A DNA stretch of 59,563 nucleotides, the filler included, from Sphacelaria rigidula (lineage: Eukaryota): NCBI GenBank assembly GCA_964200075.2. It is 8 parts of 8 records of this genome, joined end to end, with 100 filler letters (N's around TTAATTAATTAA, not from the genome) between each part and the next. Parts side by side here need not be neighbours in the genome. Positions count along the whole stretch, not along the records: positions 1 to 7,359 come from CAXNAA020015271.1; positions 7,460 to 14,818 come from CAXNAA020015272.1; 6 more parts are not named here. The stretch is one strand, 5' to 3'. Made by a program: the position numbers and the translations under genes. The notes under the pieces are model-generated. The model saw only the letters and a program-made list of their open reading frames with translations. It was not told the DNA's origin and did not search any database. Shown one piece after another: positions 1-12,530 of this stretch (positions are counted from its first letter, which is position 1; every line of letters starts with the position of its first letter).

Positions 1-83
1 CTCATTTGTTGCTTGCCTTTGTCGTTTGACCATTGACCACGCATCCCTTTCGAGACGGAGCACCGTTCCTACTCCTAATAGAG
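1..83 (-). repeat. ATGAGTAC/C-tract repeat family, type A copy cut by the contig start
   Basis: Reverse complement matches 54470-54555 and 14919-14983 (GTGCTCCGTCTCGAAAGGGATGCGTGGTCAATGGTCAAACGAC.AAGGCAAGCAACAAATGAG). Confidence 0.9.
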
Positions 84-730
84 GAGGGTACAAGCTGTGC
101 TGGAAAAATGCTGGATTCCTGGGGTAACTGACGACATCGGGCATCATTTTTTTCCTTTACTTTAAGGGGGGGAGGGGGAAAACAGTGCGTGAATGCTGGG
201 AGGTTGTCTGCGAAAGACGTTCGAAAATATGCGAGGACGTTCAGCCCAACATTTTGTTTTTCACGAGCAAACTTTTGTTCACTCTGTCCACTAGTCAGTG
301 TGTAGTCACAAGACACATTTGTGTTATGTTTTTCATTGTCAAGTCAAACCTGTGTGCTATTCCTGCCTTCGAGCAGCCGCGGTCGAGGAAGATCGATATG
401 TGCTGTGGGATTTGCCGCCGCGGCCCGGCAGGGTCCAATGGCACTGTAATACTCACATGTGACCACGCCTGGATCCCTGGGGGGTCCCTTAAAGTGCTAC
501 ACTTAATCGATCAATACTGGTCTCATCAGGTCGGGAAAACGTGGGTTCGATTCTCATGGACAAGAAAAAATAATCATGTGTTGAGTGGGGTAAATACCCG
601 GGTATTTAATCTCCCGAATTGCGTCTTGCGATAGTCCGATTTCCGAACTTTACCTGTATCGGGAAAAGTGAGGCACGATCACAGTACTCTACCCGTTTTA
701 TGGGTATTATTGAGTACTATATTTATATAT

Positions 731-925
731 TGTGCAAGATGGGTTCAGCAATCCCTTCCCCTCGTCGACCATTAAGTCGAACGTTTGTGTACCCTCGATA
801 TAGTCGCTTTCCATTGTTGGGCATTGTGTGAGAGAAAAAAATCCTAGATCGCTCCGAGATACGAACCCACGACCCACCCGTCAGAACGTGTCAAGGTTAC
901 CAACTGAGCCACGTAGACGACCAGC
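731..925 (-). mobile_element. tRNA-derived SINE, near full length
   Basis: Minus strand shows A-box TGGCTCAGTTGG and B-box GGTTCGTATC, then a body ending GGATTGCTGAACCC that is shared with 58281-58477 and, in part, 53238-53385. Confidence 0.8.
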
Positions 926-1328
926 TTGTACTAGTGAGAGCCATTGAACGAGTGCAGCATGGATTTCCAAGCCTCGCGGATAAATTCTTGCGACCCATGC
1001 TGTGGAGCATCATTTGTTCCAACAAAGAAAATGCAGCGAAGGGAAATAGTTGAGTACGCAATATCTTGACACTCTACATATATACGTTTCAGCCTCTCCC
1101 ATACAGCTCTACTGTTGTGACCAGCTTCGTTAACCTCCCCTGCCCCCGCCCCTCCTTTTTTTTCCTGTGATCTGGATCATGACGTCATGATCCTGTTGTG
1201 TTCCACTACTGTCGTTCACAACCCATGTATATGCCCCGTATACTGTTGGTGGGTTATATTCCATTACATATTCTTTTTTTTTTCTTACAACGTCACGTTT
1301 CTCGTTCGTTTGCCCTTTTTTTGTTCAG

Positions 1329-1508
1329 GTCCTGGACTACCCCACTCAGCAACGGATGCTGGTTCCCCTTCTAGCGCTTGCGTACGCGCTCCATTTCTCG
1401 GGCCAACACATGAAATCCGTATACCACTACTACCTCGACACCCAGGATGCTAGCGCCCTGCCGGACCTACACGCGACAAGCGCGGGGCTTAAGGCGCTGG
1501 TCACGCAG
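1329..1508 (+). CDS. ACOX: Internal exon of peroxisomal acyl-CoA oxidase
   Basis: Polypyrimidine-CAG acceptor, then 180 nt in frame: VLDYPTQQRMLVPLLALAYALHFSGQHMKSVYHYYLDTQDASALPDLHATSAGLKALVTQ, ending at CAG|GT. Matches the ACOX pattern LDY.TQQ..L.PLLA.AYA ... LP.LHA.S.GLKA. Not in the ORF track. Confidence 0.85.
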
Positions 1509-1640
1509 GTTCGATTATGGGTTTTAGCTCAGTGATATCGATTGGTGTAACGGTGATGCAGTTCAGTCATTTCCGTAATGATATCTCAAAGAGCAACAAC
1601 ATACAGGCTGGTTCACGCATACCACCCAAAAAACACTCAT

Positions 1641-2460
1641 CGGCAAAACTTCACGCCGTTTCAAGGAGTTAAACCCTAAAATTTTGTACGAATGTTGTAT
1701 GGGTCATTACGCAACTTTGCAGGATTTATCTTTTTTCGACTTTTTCACCGTTTTTCTGGGGTCCAAGTTTTTTGGGGGAAACCTTGACACCATCGGACCC
1801 CCGTAAAACGGTAACAAAAAAAACACCATTCCTTCAAAGTTGCGTAATGTCCCATAGAACATTCGTACAAAATGTCAGGGTCTAACTCCTTAAAACGGCG
1901 TGAACTTTTTGGCCTTTGTGCGATGAAGTTTTGCCGTACCGCGGTGAAACCGTAAACTACTTGATTTTAGTACCAAAACGGCGTTTTTGGGCCTTCTTTT
2001 ACCTCAACGTGGAAATTTAAGCATCAGTTGATCGAGTTTTGCGACGAAAACTTGTGGAGCCTATCCTTGCGTTATTCGGAGGCAGATTCTTGGCGAAAAA
2101 AGGATAAAAATATCGTAGTGCCATTTTTTTGGGGTCCCAAAATGGATACTACTCCGAAAAACGACTTCGATCCCGTCGGACCCCCGAAAAACGGTGAAAA
2201 ACTCAAGAAGTACAAAAAACGTCGTCCATAGAAAGTTGCGTAATGATATTAGCATATTTTTGCGAAGTTTCAGCATCTAACTCCTCATGGAAGCGTGAAA
2301 GTTTGCGCGTTTGTGGAGGACGTAGGCTTGAAACGTGTAACTCCTAACTACTTGGTTTTAGTATAGAAACGTCTTTTGGGGTGAATTTGACGTCAAGGCA
2401 AGAAAAACTGTATGAGGTTTTCGAGTTTCTCCACCAAAACTTGTACATGTGTTCCTTGGA
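1641..2460. mobile_element. Foldback-like non-autonomous DNA element
   Basis: 1650-1724 is the reverse complement of 1830-1905, with inner GGGGTCC/GGACCCC arms. About 1793-2070 is repeated in diverged form at about 2176-2460. A related fragment lies at about 51070-51190. Confidence 0.65.
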
Positions 2461-3973
2461 CTCTCCCAGGACGCATCATTTCATTATTTTTCTTTTAGGG
2501 CATTCTGTACCGGCTTCCGGGGGTCTTCATGCTGAGACCCCAGGAAGCCGTAGTACCTTGACCTTGAACCAGAGTGCTGTCAGGGCCTATACCCGTTCTC
2601 AAGATGGGGGAGGCCTCAGAACTCCTTGGTTTTCGGCTACTCACGCACAGGTGATCCCTGGCTGGTATTGGCGTTGTTCAAAAGCATGTACGGGTGGAGA
2701 GATGAGGTTCCTGCCCAAGTTTTTCCTCGTTCTCGACAGCCGCCGAAGGAGTGGCTTTTGGCCTGCCGTGGGTAAAGCCCTTGGAAGCGGCTTGAAGAGA
2801 TCAACCGTTCAAGCACCCGCGGCCTGCAATCAGACACGACAGTCCCGTGGAGGATGGCGATCTTATAGACGAGGTTGAGTGGGTGCATTGGGGTTGATGT
2901 TGGCCGTGTCTGGCTCAGGTTCAGGAGCAAACAACCGCATATGCAAGCTGAGGTTTGTGGATCCCCACTGACGGGTGCTCGTTGCTCGTTTGGACGTCAA
3001 CTTGTATATGTTCGTTTTACTCAGTCAGATTTCTGCGGTGGCAGGGGGGAGGTTTCCGTCAACCTCCGATCCAAATCGAGCAAAACCACACAAGACCCGC
3101 ACACCTCGCCTACAGAAAGTACAACCTCCACCAAATGCACCACGCTCTTCTGCTGTTCAACAGCGGACAGTTCAGTTGTGTATGTTGAGCACAGGCATGT
3201 ACTACTAATGCTGCTGGCGCGATCTTCGCTCGTGCTGTACTCTCTGTACTTTCTGAAACTGCAGTGCAGTCGGCCCTGGCTTTTACACGCGCAAATGCAG
3301 AATGCTATCTTGTAATGTTCAGCAACAAATTGTTCGAGTTTAGTCGTGTTTGTTGACCATATGTTTCATGACAACAAGTTCGTGCGATCGCTACTCCTGT
3401 ACTGCTGCTGTACCGTCAACAGGTGTGAGACGGTATTGCCGGTGGGCCTGCCGTGTGCACGAAAAATTGACTACATACTGTGCTCCACTGTCGCACTGCA
3501 ATATCCATGACGGGCGCATGTGCGCGGCAGCAGATTTTTTTTATGTGGGCACTTTGTCTTCACCAACACCAGCTATTCTGAATCCCGGGGTGAAAATGAA
3601 AAACCAGTTGTAGGACGGTGGGTGCCAACCATTCGACCACCAGGGTGGGTCATTTAGGTCTCAGGTAGGGTCCTAACGAAAGATAAAAATGAGAAGGAGA
3701 TTCGATGATGTCAGCGATTGTGACGAACAGCGCACGCGTGGCAACTATGTGACGTTCGCATCCTGGGCGGACTGTTTCTCCATTTTCCCCAGAAATGACC
3801 CTTAGAGCGTACGGCCTCGTTTTGGCACAACATTTCGGCGGACAGTCCCGCGAGATATGTGCAGCCATGTACAAGTATTATTTGAACAATGTGCAGTACA
3901 AACAGCACAAAACTGTTTGCATCATCTATTTACAGTAGGATATGAGGAACATTTCAACAACGTGCAGTACAGA

Positions 3974-4890
3974 CACTACAGTAGTCAGCGTCAGAAGCAT
4001 GCAGAATCCGTAATTTCTTAGTTTCTCAAAAGTTGTCCAAATTTGTTTTGCTCGCCACCTCTCATCACAGTGACTGTTGGATGCTAAAAAATGAGTATCC
4101 GGAGATATTTTTTAGCTCCTGACAAAAACTGAACGAAACATTATTTGCGATCAATAATGAGTGACTTACGGGCTTGACCGATCTTGAGCGTCCTGCGAAA
4201 ATACGACCGCAGGCTCTAGCTTTTCGGTATTTTCGGTGGACCGACTCGATCCGGATCATTTAAATGAAGACTCAAAAAGGATTGTTTTTTCGAAATTCCG
4301 CCTAGTCTCTGCGCTTAAGCAGGAAAACTATGTTTCTTGGACCATTTACGGTCAATGACAGCCTCCTGATAAATGTGGTCGTTACCCGGAATCGCCCCCA
4401 CGACACCTACTTGGGCGATTGTGATTTGAGCACGGTTTGCTTATTTTGCCAAAACTGTCGACGCTAGCAATTTCGAATGCTCATGGGAAATGTTATGCGA
4501 AAAAAAAAAAAAAATAGGCCATCCGCAGAAAATGCTAGACTCAGGTCTGTGCAGTATAGGAGGGAAACACGATCTCGATCGTTGTTGTGAAGAATGTTTT
4601 ACGGATTCATTCATCTGAATATTCACCGTTTCGTCGCTGAAGAGCGGGAAAACTGCTTGTATTTGACCAAAAACGATCAATAACACCCTCCTGATAGACG
4701 GGGTATCAGGTCCGTATCGCCCCAAAAACACCAACTTGAGCACTGCAGTTTGAGCGCGGCCTACGCTTTCTCCCTAAATCTACCGGCGCTAGCACTTTTA
4801 AGTAGAAATAACGAAGAATAGTACTCCAAAAAACTCAGAAAATAGAACAACTACGAATTTTAAAAACTTCCGATGCTGGCTACTATACAG
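3974..4890. mobile_element. CACTA/EnSpm-like non-autonomous element
   Basis: Starts CACTACAGTAGTCAGCGTCAGAAG and has a degenerate inverse CTTCCGATGCTGGCTACTAT at 4867-4886. The interior is homologous, in reverse, to 38891-39449. Confidence 0.6.
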
Positions 4891-7359
4891 CAACGTCTGT
4901 ACTCTCTTCAATATTTGAAAAATGTGCAGTACAGACACCCGAGTACTGTGTGTCCGTCTGGATATGGTAGAATGTGAAGCATTCTTTGAACAAGGTGTAG
5001 TACAAACCCTGCAGAGCTGTCTGTACTGTCTGCATGCAGAAGGTTGTGGTACAAAGGTGTGCGTACAATGGACACTGGCACTGCGCTGTATCCGGCGGTG
5101 CGAAAGAGATGATGAGTTATCGTGACCCCACAACCGCTGACCAGAGGACATTGCTTGCCTGTGCTTTACCGCCGGGGTTGTCGAGTCGACACATTCAATG
5201 AGCAAATAAAATGGCGATCTGGGTCTATCTTGGTTTTCCTGTACTTCCGTATCACCCGCTTACCCTCGATAACAGCCCGTTCCGCAGGAATTCGGCGTCC
5301 CGAGACCCCTCACCCGCGTGACATGGCCTTCTTCGTATGGTCGAAGTCGCCGCTTTCCGCGTGTTTTGGGGGGGGGGCAATCTAGGGGCGATCTGAGAGT
5401 TCGGGCGACCACAGCGTCATCCATTTTTTAGTTTCGTGATTTTAATATATTGCTGTTGCGAAATGCAACCTAGAATGATTGCCACGTGTGGGCTGTTCAT
5501 CGTAGTCATTCTCATCTTCACAAAATCATTGTCCTTGTTTCTTCCGTTTACCCGGGCCGGGGCCTCTGGGCGTGTAGTACCATATCTTGTTTCGTTTAAA
5601 AAGTGCGGTAGAGAGTAAAGTTTTCGATCTAACAAGTCTATCGCATTTCTGTTCCTAGTTGGCTTCAACTGCTTTTTATGAATAATGGCGCGCGGAGAAG
5701 AAGTGAAAAACAATAAAGCCAAGTTTTTTCGATCGAAAACATGTGGTCGAAAAGCGCCAAGGGACACTTGACTCCTATCGACAGACCACCACACCAAATA
5801 TCACTGTTCACAGAACCGTGCGAACTGCATAAAACTCATTCTCAGCTACCACCACAACCTTGCAGCATAGAGCACGAGTTGAGCACAACGATAGATACGT
5901 TGCAGTAGTTGGGTTGCTTTGTTCATTCCTTGTTGGCGAAAACTTTGAGTATCTTCTTCCATAGTGTAGGGATCAGGGACGGAACTACGTGGTGAAGTGG
6001 GCAACCGACTTGCGCACATGCTCGTGTACAGGCAGTGCAGGCAGTGCAAAGCTGCAGTTTTTCCACGTCCTTTCAACGTCGCATTGTAAGCAGAGAGAAC
6101 AGATAGTCCTGCGTTGTATGTGCTACACGTTGCCCGCTTCCCTTTGACATCCTACTGTACGAAGCACGCACACACGCGTTCAAGAGACACTGCATACAGA
6201 CAGTGCAAACAGCACAGACTGTCTGTACGGGACACAAGCGACCATGTACCGTTTCACGAATTTCACCGTCTTTTCTTCGATCGAAAGCTTGAAAATTCGC
6301 TTGGACCCAACTCGAGCAAAGTGAGCGAATTTCGCTCACATCATTTCCTCGGCCTCTTTTTTTCCATCGAAAACAAGTGTGCTGAAAGATACGCTCACCT
6401 CATTTTTCAAGTGAAGGTGATGCCGATTCAACAGATGGGGTCAAACGGGTGTGCTGCGTGTCGCTGCTGATTCTCCGTACATCTAAGCTTATGCATCCAC
6501 ATGCTAAGCGCAGAATCACACTGCTTCTAGGTATCAGTTCTTCTTCCCCTTCATGGCACAGATATGACCGAGTATCACAGTTCAATTTTGGGTATCGAAG
6601 GTGACTCAACGCGCAGAACTGACTCTATCACCTATCGGAAGACTCACTTGGTTTCGGAGAACCAGCGATCGTCCACGCAGAACACATGTGTCACGCTCGA
6701 GCAATGACGATGAGCAAGAGAGAATGGTTCATGGTCGGATAGCCTTAGATCCGTATACTTGAACCAAACTAGTCCGTTAGACCTTCTTCCGCTGCCACCA
6801 CCAGAGTCACCCTGAGGTACGTCGGCCATGACCATGCCCGCCATCGTCGCTTCGGAGGTTCGCCGGACGGAACCAACGAGACGTGGACTACGGATGATGT
6901 CGCTACAGCTACCAAACACTCGCAAAGCTGAGCACCTACTCGACGCACGCAGAACCAGTGCGAGACCAAGTCCCCCCGTATTCCTCAGAAGTGGGATAAG
7001 CATCCAACTAATGTGATCTAGCGGCGCTGGAAGCAATAGGTCTGGCCCCTGGGAAGAATGAGTCATCCCTCAGACCTCACACGACAGAAAAGTCATTATT
7101 TTATGTTGCGCCGCATTTACACGGCCTCGACCAATCAACTGTTTCGGAATCATAAATATGGCAGACGCAACAGCCTCAATGCCTCGATGCAATACAATTA
7201 TCATACCTCGATCATACTTTACAATCTTTACTCGTCACAGCACTTTGTGTTTCGAGACCGTAAAGTTCGAAGCAATGGCTACAACGTTATAAATGTGAAT
7301 GGACTAATATTATAGCAGGATGCAGCTCATCCTTCATGTGACTCGCCGAACACATCACG

Positions 7360-7459
7360 NNNNNNNNNNNNNNNNNNNNNNNNNNNNNNNNNNNNNNNNN
7401 NNNTTAATTAATTAANNNNNNNNNNNNNNNNNNNNNNNNNNNNNNNNNNNNNNNNNNNN
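7360..7459. other. Artificial contig linker
   Basis: N44-TTAATTAATTAA-N44, with stops in all six frames. Confidence 0.99.
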
Positions 7460-7537
7460 GAAGGGGGTAAGAAAAAAGGACAACACAAAGAAAGAAGACG
7501 GGGGGGAGAGGGGGGGGGGGGGGGGGGTGGGCGGGGT

Positions 7538-7570
<33 letters not shown>

Positions 7571-7987
7571 ACGAAGAAAGAAGGAGGGGAAAGGGGGAAG
7601 CAGACTTGAAGAAGGGAATAAGGTGTATGTTCATCTCTGCCCGTTATTTGGCACGTCGGGGACTACTTTCGAATAAGAGTTACTACGGGTTAATTGGCAT
7701 AACGTTGGCGCAGGATCAATTCACCACCATAGTGGATGGATCAGGATTAACATCATCACACCATAATACGGGGAGGCATTTCCGTACATAAGACAAAAGC
7801 TCGATGTGAGCTGTTCTCAGACAGAGAGATCAACCTTCGCCATGAGTCTCACACCCACAAAAGGAAAGGATCGCGATCTACGTGTTAGTCGGCTCCTCAG
7901 ACAATAGGTGGGACACCCAAACAAAAAAATCTGGCGTCGACCACCGCGGCTCGGCAGCCTCACAGGGATTGCCACCTACAAATACTC

Positions 7988-8132
7988 CCGCGCAATGCCG
8001 TGATATGCAATGCAACGGCGGACTTAGTGATGCATATCATTTCGCTTCATGCATGTAGCTGCCGCGCAATGCCGTGATATGCAATGCAACGGCGGACTTA
8101 GTGATGCATATCATTTCGCTTCATGCATGTAG
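7988..8132 (+). repeat. Perfect 71-bp tandem duplication
   Basis: 7988-8058 is identical to 8062-8132, with a 3-nt CTG spacer. Confidence 0.95.
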
Positions 8133-9320
8133 GTGAAGTTAGGTGTTCGGAAAGTTTGATCGTTGTTCTGGGACGTTGTCGAATGAACGCGACGTTACCC
8201 CGCCAACCACCGTGCAGTCAAATACAATTGCCTTTCCCGGGGTGCGTCAACTATGAGTATCATCAAGGTATCATCAACATATCCGAACCCAGGGTATATT
8301 TTAGAACCGTCAGGTTGGGGTGGTGTAGAGGGTAGCTACCCTGTCTAGGCATGTGGGTCGCCTTTGCTTTGCTGTAATTTGGGATCTGTGTTACTGCCCA
8401 TAGAAGAACTGTTTGCACAGGAAAGCTCTAGGAACACGATATTACCATTGCTACGCCTCCCCACCATTTTCCTGTTGCTGGTTGTTCAACCTGCCGTTTG
8501 TGCGTGTGCACATAGAGGGCTTTGATATACAGGGTATACATTTCAAGGCAACCTGCGACCGTTCACCGTTCGCATACCCGTGGAAAGGAGAAAAGTGTTA
8601 ACATGGATGGAATGCAGACGACACAGTGCAGCCAAAGGGCCTCAATCATCGAAAACGAGGCCTGGTTACCCCGACAGTATGTTGAACGGTATCCCTATGG
8701 TTTCCAGACTTCGGCGGTCTATAGTTCTCGAGCACACACGCTGAGCAAGACGTGTGCTCTTCGCCAGCGCGAACAAGTTTCATGGGTTGGGCCCTGTCAG
8801 GTTGGTTGAGATAATGTAGTGACCGAGTCAAACGAATGCATCTCCTAGCGGCATGAGCCGGGACACGACTGCATTCGAATATTTGAAAGATCCACATGCT
8901 CGCCAAAAAAATATTTCCTGTCGGCCGTTGACGATATATTGAGATATCCTTCCACGCTGCCGTTTCGGCCTGTTTTCAAGGGTCCTGTCATGCAACTCTT
9001 TCTCGAAGTTTGAATATCTCAACACTGATTCAACATTGGTTAAAATAATTCCGACCGTTTCCCGGAGGGTTCCGGGTCCCCCAGGTGGGTTGGAAACCAA
9101 AAGGTCCATGTCTTCTCCCACAGTAGTCAGATCCACCTTCCACACTACACACACCACAGCTCACTCAGCCACCAAGCTACTGTTCAAGCTTTTCCCCCTC
9201 CCGCCGCCACCCGCAACGCCCACGCTATTTTCGAGAACATACACGAACGCACAGCAAGTTCGCGAGGCCACGGTTGATTTGGTCGCAGCGCTCTCTGAGG
9301 GGCGGAAAGGCGGAAAAACC

Positions 9321-9508
9321 ATGGGATTCGGTGGGGCAGTAGCAACTCGCGCCGCGGTGCTAACCGTCATCACACTGTATTCCCTGTCGGCACGAACAGC
9401 ACAAGCCACCGTTGTTGAGTCTACCTGGGATGAGCAAGAAATATGCGGGGGCGCGATGGCCAGCGGCAACGGCACGGTCGTCCGCTGGAGCGGCATGAGC
9501 GATAGGCT
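9321..9508 (+). CDS. MC5E: Mannuronan C-5 epimerase exon 1 (probable signal peptide)
   Basis: ATG in ACCATGG context. MGFGGAVATRAAVLTVITLYSLSARTAQA is a hydrophobic leader ending A-x-A. Donor CT|GTGAGT is phase 2 and fits exon 2. Confidence 0.8.
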
Positions 9509-10672
9509 GTGAGTGCTCATTGTTTGTATGGACTGCTGCAAAGTTTATTTCACGTGTACTGTATACAGGATTTTATTCTTGCGCTCGTCCCTGTCATCCC
9601 TGTTCAACTCGAAAATGAGAATTATTGCCCCCGAATATGCCGTAGAGTGAAGACCACCAGAGAGACCACCCACCACGGTCGCCTGCCCATACCTCCTCCC
9701 CTCTCTGCCTGGCTGCTTATAGAAGGTGGGGGTGGAGGATGCGATTCACCCGCACACACAAATCCTGGTGTGACATTCGCTCCTAGAGCCGGAAGCGTGA
9801 TTTTCACTTAAGAGCTAAAGGGTTCGGTGGTGAACTTTCGAACCGGTCAAGAGGTGACGCCAAATTCCTTCCGTGCTGGCTGTATTCCCGTTTGAGAACA
9901 CGTTTTGTGGTGTACGGAGCATGCTGCTCGGCACCTGCGGTATGCCTCCTCGGTCTCATGATCACTGAAGTCTAAGCTTTGTTGCGGTAGGAACGGTGCA
10001 CCTCTCGTCTCTTTTCGCCGACCAAGGAGTATGTGTAGCCAGTGAACAGTTCAACAAGCGTAGACAGGTGTCGAGTGTTGATACAGATGATGCAATGTTG
10101 TTGCGACCCAGACCCAGCAGTCCGAAACATGCGTACAGGACTGTAGAACATGTGCTGTGTATCACTTTTTACTCCAAGTAGTGTCCTGATCCGGATCGTG
10201 AGCCAGCCCCCTTTCCACATTTGCACCCCTTACAGCCCTGGACGCTGAGCACGCGGAGTAGCGCAAAGGCAGCACTTTGGCTTCTCGGGCCCTACTACTG
10301 TCTCGGATCTTGTGTTCTTGGACAACGTATGTGAAACTCCATGTCGACTAGTTACTGCAGGAACCTCATGACCTGTCCGACGTGTGGAACATGTGTCAAC
10401 ATGAGTAACTACTGCATGTACGCCTAAAATGTGCGAGTACAGCACAGGGAGCACTGTGCTGTAGCGAGCAATGTGCTGTGCTATTGTGTAGACGAAGCAG
10501 TCGACCGCCGGCATCCGGTGAACACCCGCTGTGACATACCTTATCGCACATATACCCGTAACTAAACCGAGCTACCAATCCAAACATGGGATGAACATGG
10601 ATAGAGACCAATATCCCCTCTCCCCCGACCCTGCAGCTTCCCGCCACGCACCCTCTGCTCTGACCCCCCCCC

Positions 10673-10723
<51 letters not shown>

Positions 10724-10852
10724 ACCCCCCCCGCTCCCCCCCACCCCCCCCCCCCCCTGCCCCCCCCCCCCCCCCCCCCCCCCCCCAACCCCCGCGCGCC
10801 TCCTCCTACGCACAAAAATCATGAAACGCGAAACACGTCCGCACAAAATCAG

Positions 10853-11218
10853 ATACATCGAAGACGGCGGGTGCGCAACGTTGTCTGGCATCTACGAGAG
10901 CCGCTACACCAAGTATGGCTTCACGGGACCCCTGTTCCCATACGATGAGGAGACGAACATGCTCGTGCAGAACGTGACGGGCGCCTGGTACCTCAATTCG
11001 AGCGTCTACGTCACCTCAGGTAGTACATTGGTGATGCGAGGCACCGATGTGGGAGGCGACTGCGACCGACTCTTGCTCGCGAGCAACGCCGATAAGTTCT
11101 TGAACCTTCGCGCTCACGGCGGGAACTTGTTCATCGAAAGCACCCACGTGGAGTCTTGGGATCTGAACAGCAACAATGGCAGCGGTGGAAATGATCTAAA
11201 TCATTGGAACGGAAGGAG
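10853..11218 (+). CDS. MC5E: Mannuronan C-5 epimerase exon 2
   Basis: CAG acceptor, YIEDGGCATL...GGDCDRLLLAS...NLRAHGGNLFIESTHVESWD...NGR, donor AG|GTGAGA, phases 2/2. Confidence 0.92.
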
Positions 11219-11963
11219 GTGAGATGCAGAAAGTGTACGGGAGGGGGAAGGCGGGGGGGGGCGGTGTGATTTGCGGCGAAAGAGATGTGGCGACGCGAAA
11301 GAATACTGCAGTAGTAAAAAATCCAGGTTCATCGATTGATCATCTCGTGAAGGACGGGAATGATGGGATATCGAAGGTTCTCATCTGCTACTTATTGTAG
11401 ATGCATACAACAACAGTACTGTTGTCGCAGGGTACATGGTTTAGGGGGATACTGTAGGAACGAGCACTCCAAATTTGGGCCCATCACACACGCCAGATGG
11501 TGTGACTACAGTACATGCAAGCTCCACACGACGCAGAGATGCATACGTGACTGGATTCCCTCCTTGTACTATTATACCTGCCCCTTTATCCTGACTTCAT
11601 CGTTTGGTACCCAGCTTGTCTGCTGCTCGCGAGTGGGTACGTGACGCGATCTACTTTCCTTCGTCATTCTGCCGAAATTGTTGATGCAGCCACGATCTGA
11701 TATCTTTGATACGCTCTTCTTGCTACCTCTTGCAAAGTGAACGAACTCCTGCCAGCCAAATCTAAGATTGCATGCCCATATTTTTATATACTGTTGTATG
11801 CCGTCCATGCTCTCTTTCCTTGCTCTTCATTTCTCCCTTTCCTTGTTCCTAGCTTCTACTCCAAAAACTGCCCACCCTGTCTCTATTTTGTACGTGCTCT
11901 CTCTCTCTTCTTCATCCTCCGTTGTTCCCTTCCTCCTCTGCGGTGCCTATTGATCCTGCGCAG

Positions 11964-12076
11964 TTATATTAGCGCTATTTCCGAAGTGATCACGGACCCC
12001 ACATCAACCTGCAATGGAAGCGCGTTAAACAACATGGGCGAGGCTAGACTGGATATCATAAACTCCGAGATAAATC
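11964..12076 (+). CDS. MC5E: Mannuronan C-5 epimerase exon 3
   Basis: (S)YISAISEVITDPTSTCNGSALNNMGEARLDIINSEIN, bounded by CAG and C|GTGAGT, phases 2/1. Confidence 0.92.
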
Positions 12077-12436
12077 GTGAGTGGCAAACAAATTGATATA
12101 CATGCACTCATGGCATCAAGCATCTTGTTTCGGATCGCATCATCGCCGTCTGATCTTGCACTCGTAATCCTTCCGCAAAACAGCTGAACAGTAATCTTTA
12201 TGTGAGTGAAGCATAGGGGCCGGTTTTAACGAGAGAAGAAAAGTGAGAACGCCCCAAAGAGTAGTGGTGCTTCTCTGGGGATTTTGATTTTGATTTTTTG
12301 CCCTTGCGATTGGTTGAGAGCTGATGGGCAACCAATTGGAAGGACAAAAAGAAAACCACCCGAAAAAAGCCTCCGAAAAAACATTCTCACTCTTATTACA
12401 GCGTGTTTTCAGCACACTTCCCCTCGGCTCGTTTAA

Positions 12437-12530
12437 CCCTTAGACCGCGAGATTAGTCTTTCTGGATCATACCTTTTTTCACTTGAAATTGATGCTGATT
12501 CAACAGGAGACTAATCCCGCGGTCTACGAG
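12437..12530. mobile_element. piggyBac-like MITE in MC5E intron 3
   Basis: TTAA|CCCTTAGACCGCGAGATTAGTCT ... AGACTAATCCCGCGGTCTACGAG|TTAA, i.e. TIRs with TTAA on both sides. Confidence 0.8.

Noticed and set aside
7404-7415. Regularly spaced TTAATTAATTAA palindromes about every 7458 bp, and ORFs ending in X..LIN
   Set aside because: These are synthetic six-frame stop linkers inside N runs.
10396-10891. Poly-Pro and poly-Gly ORFs (also at 7404-7634 and 54378-54866)
   Set aside because: They are translations of C/G homopolymer tracts, here inside MC5E intron 1, with probably poor base quality.
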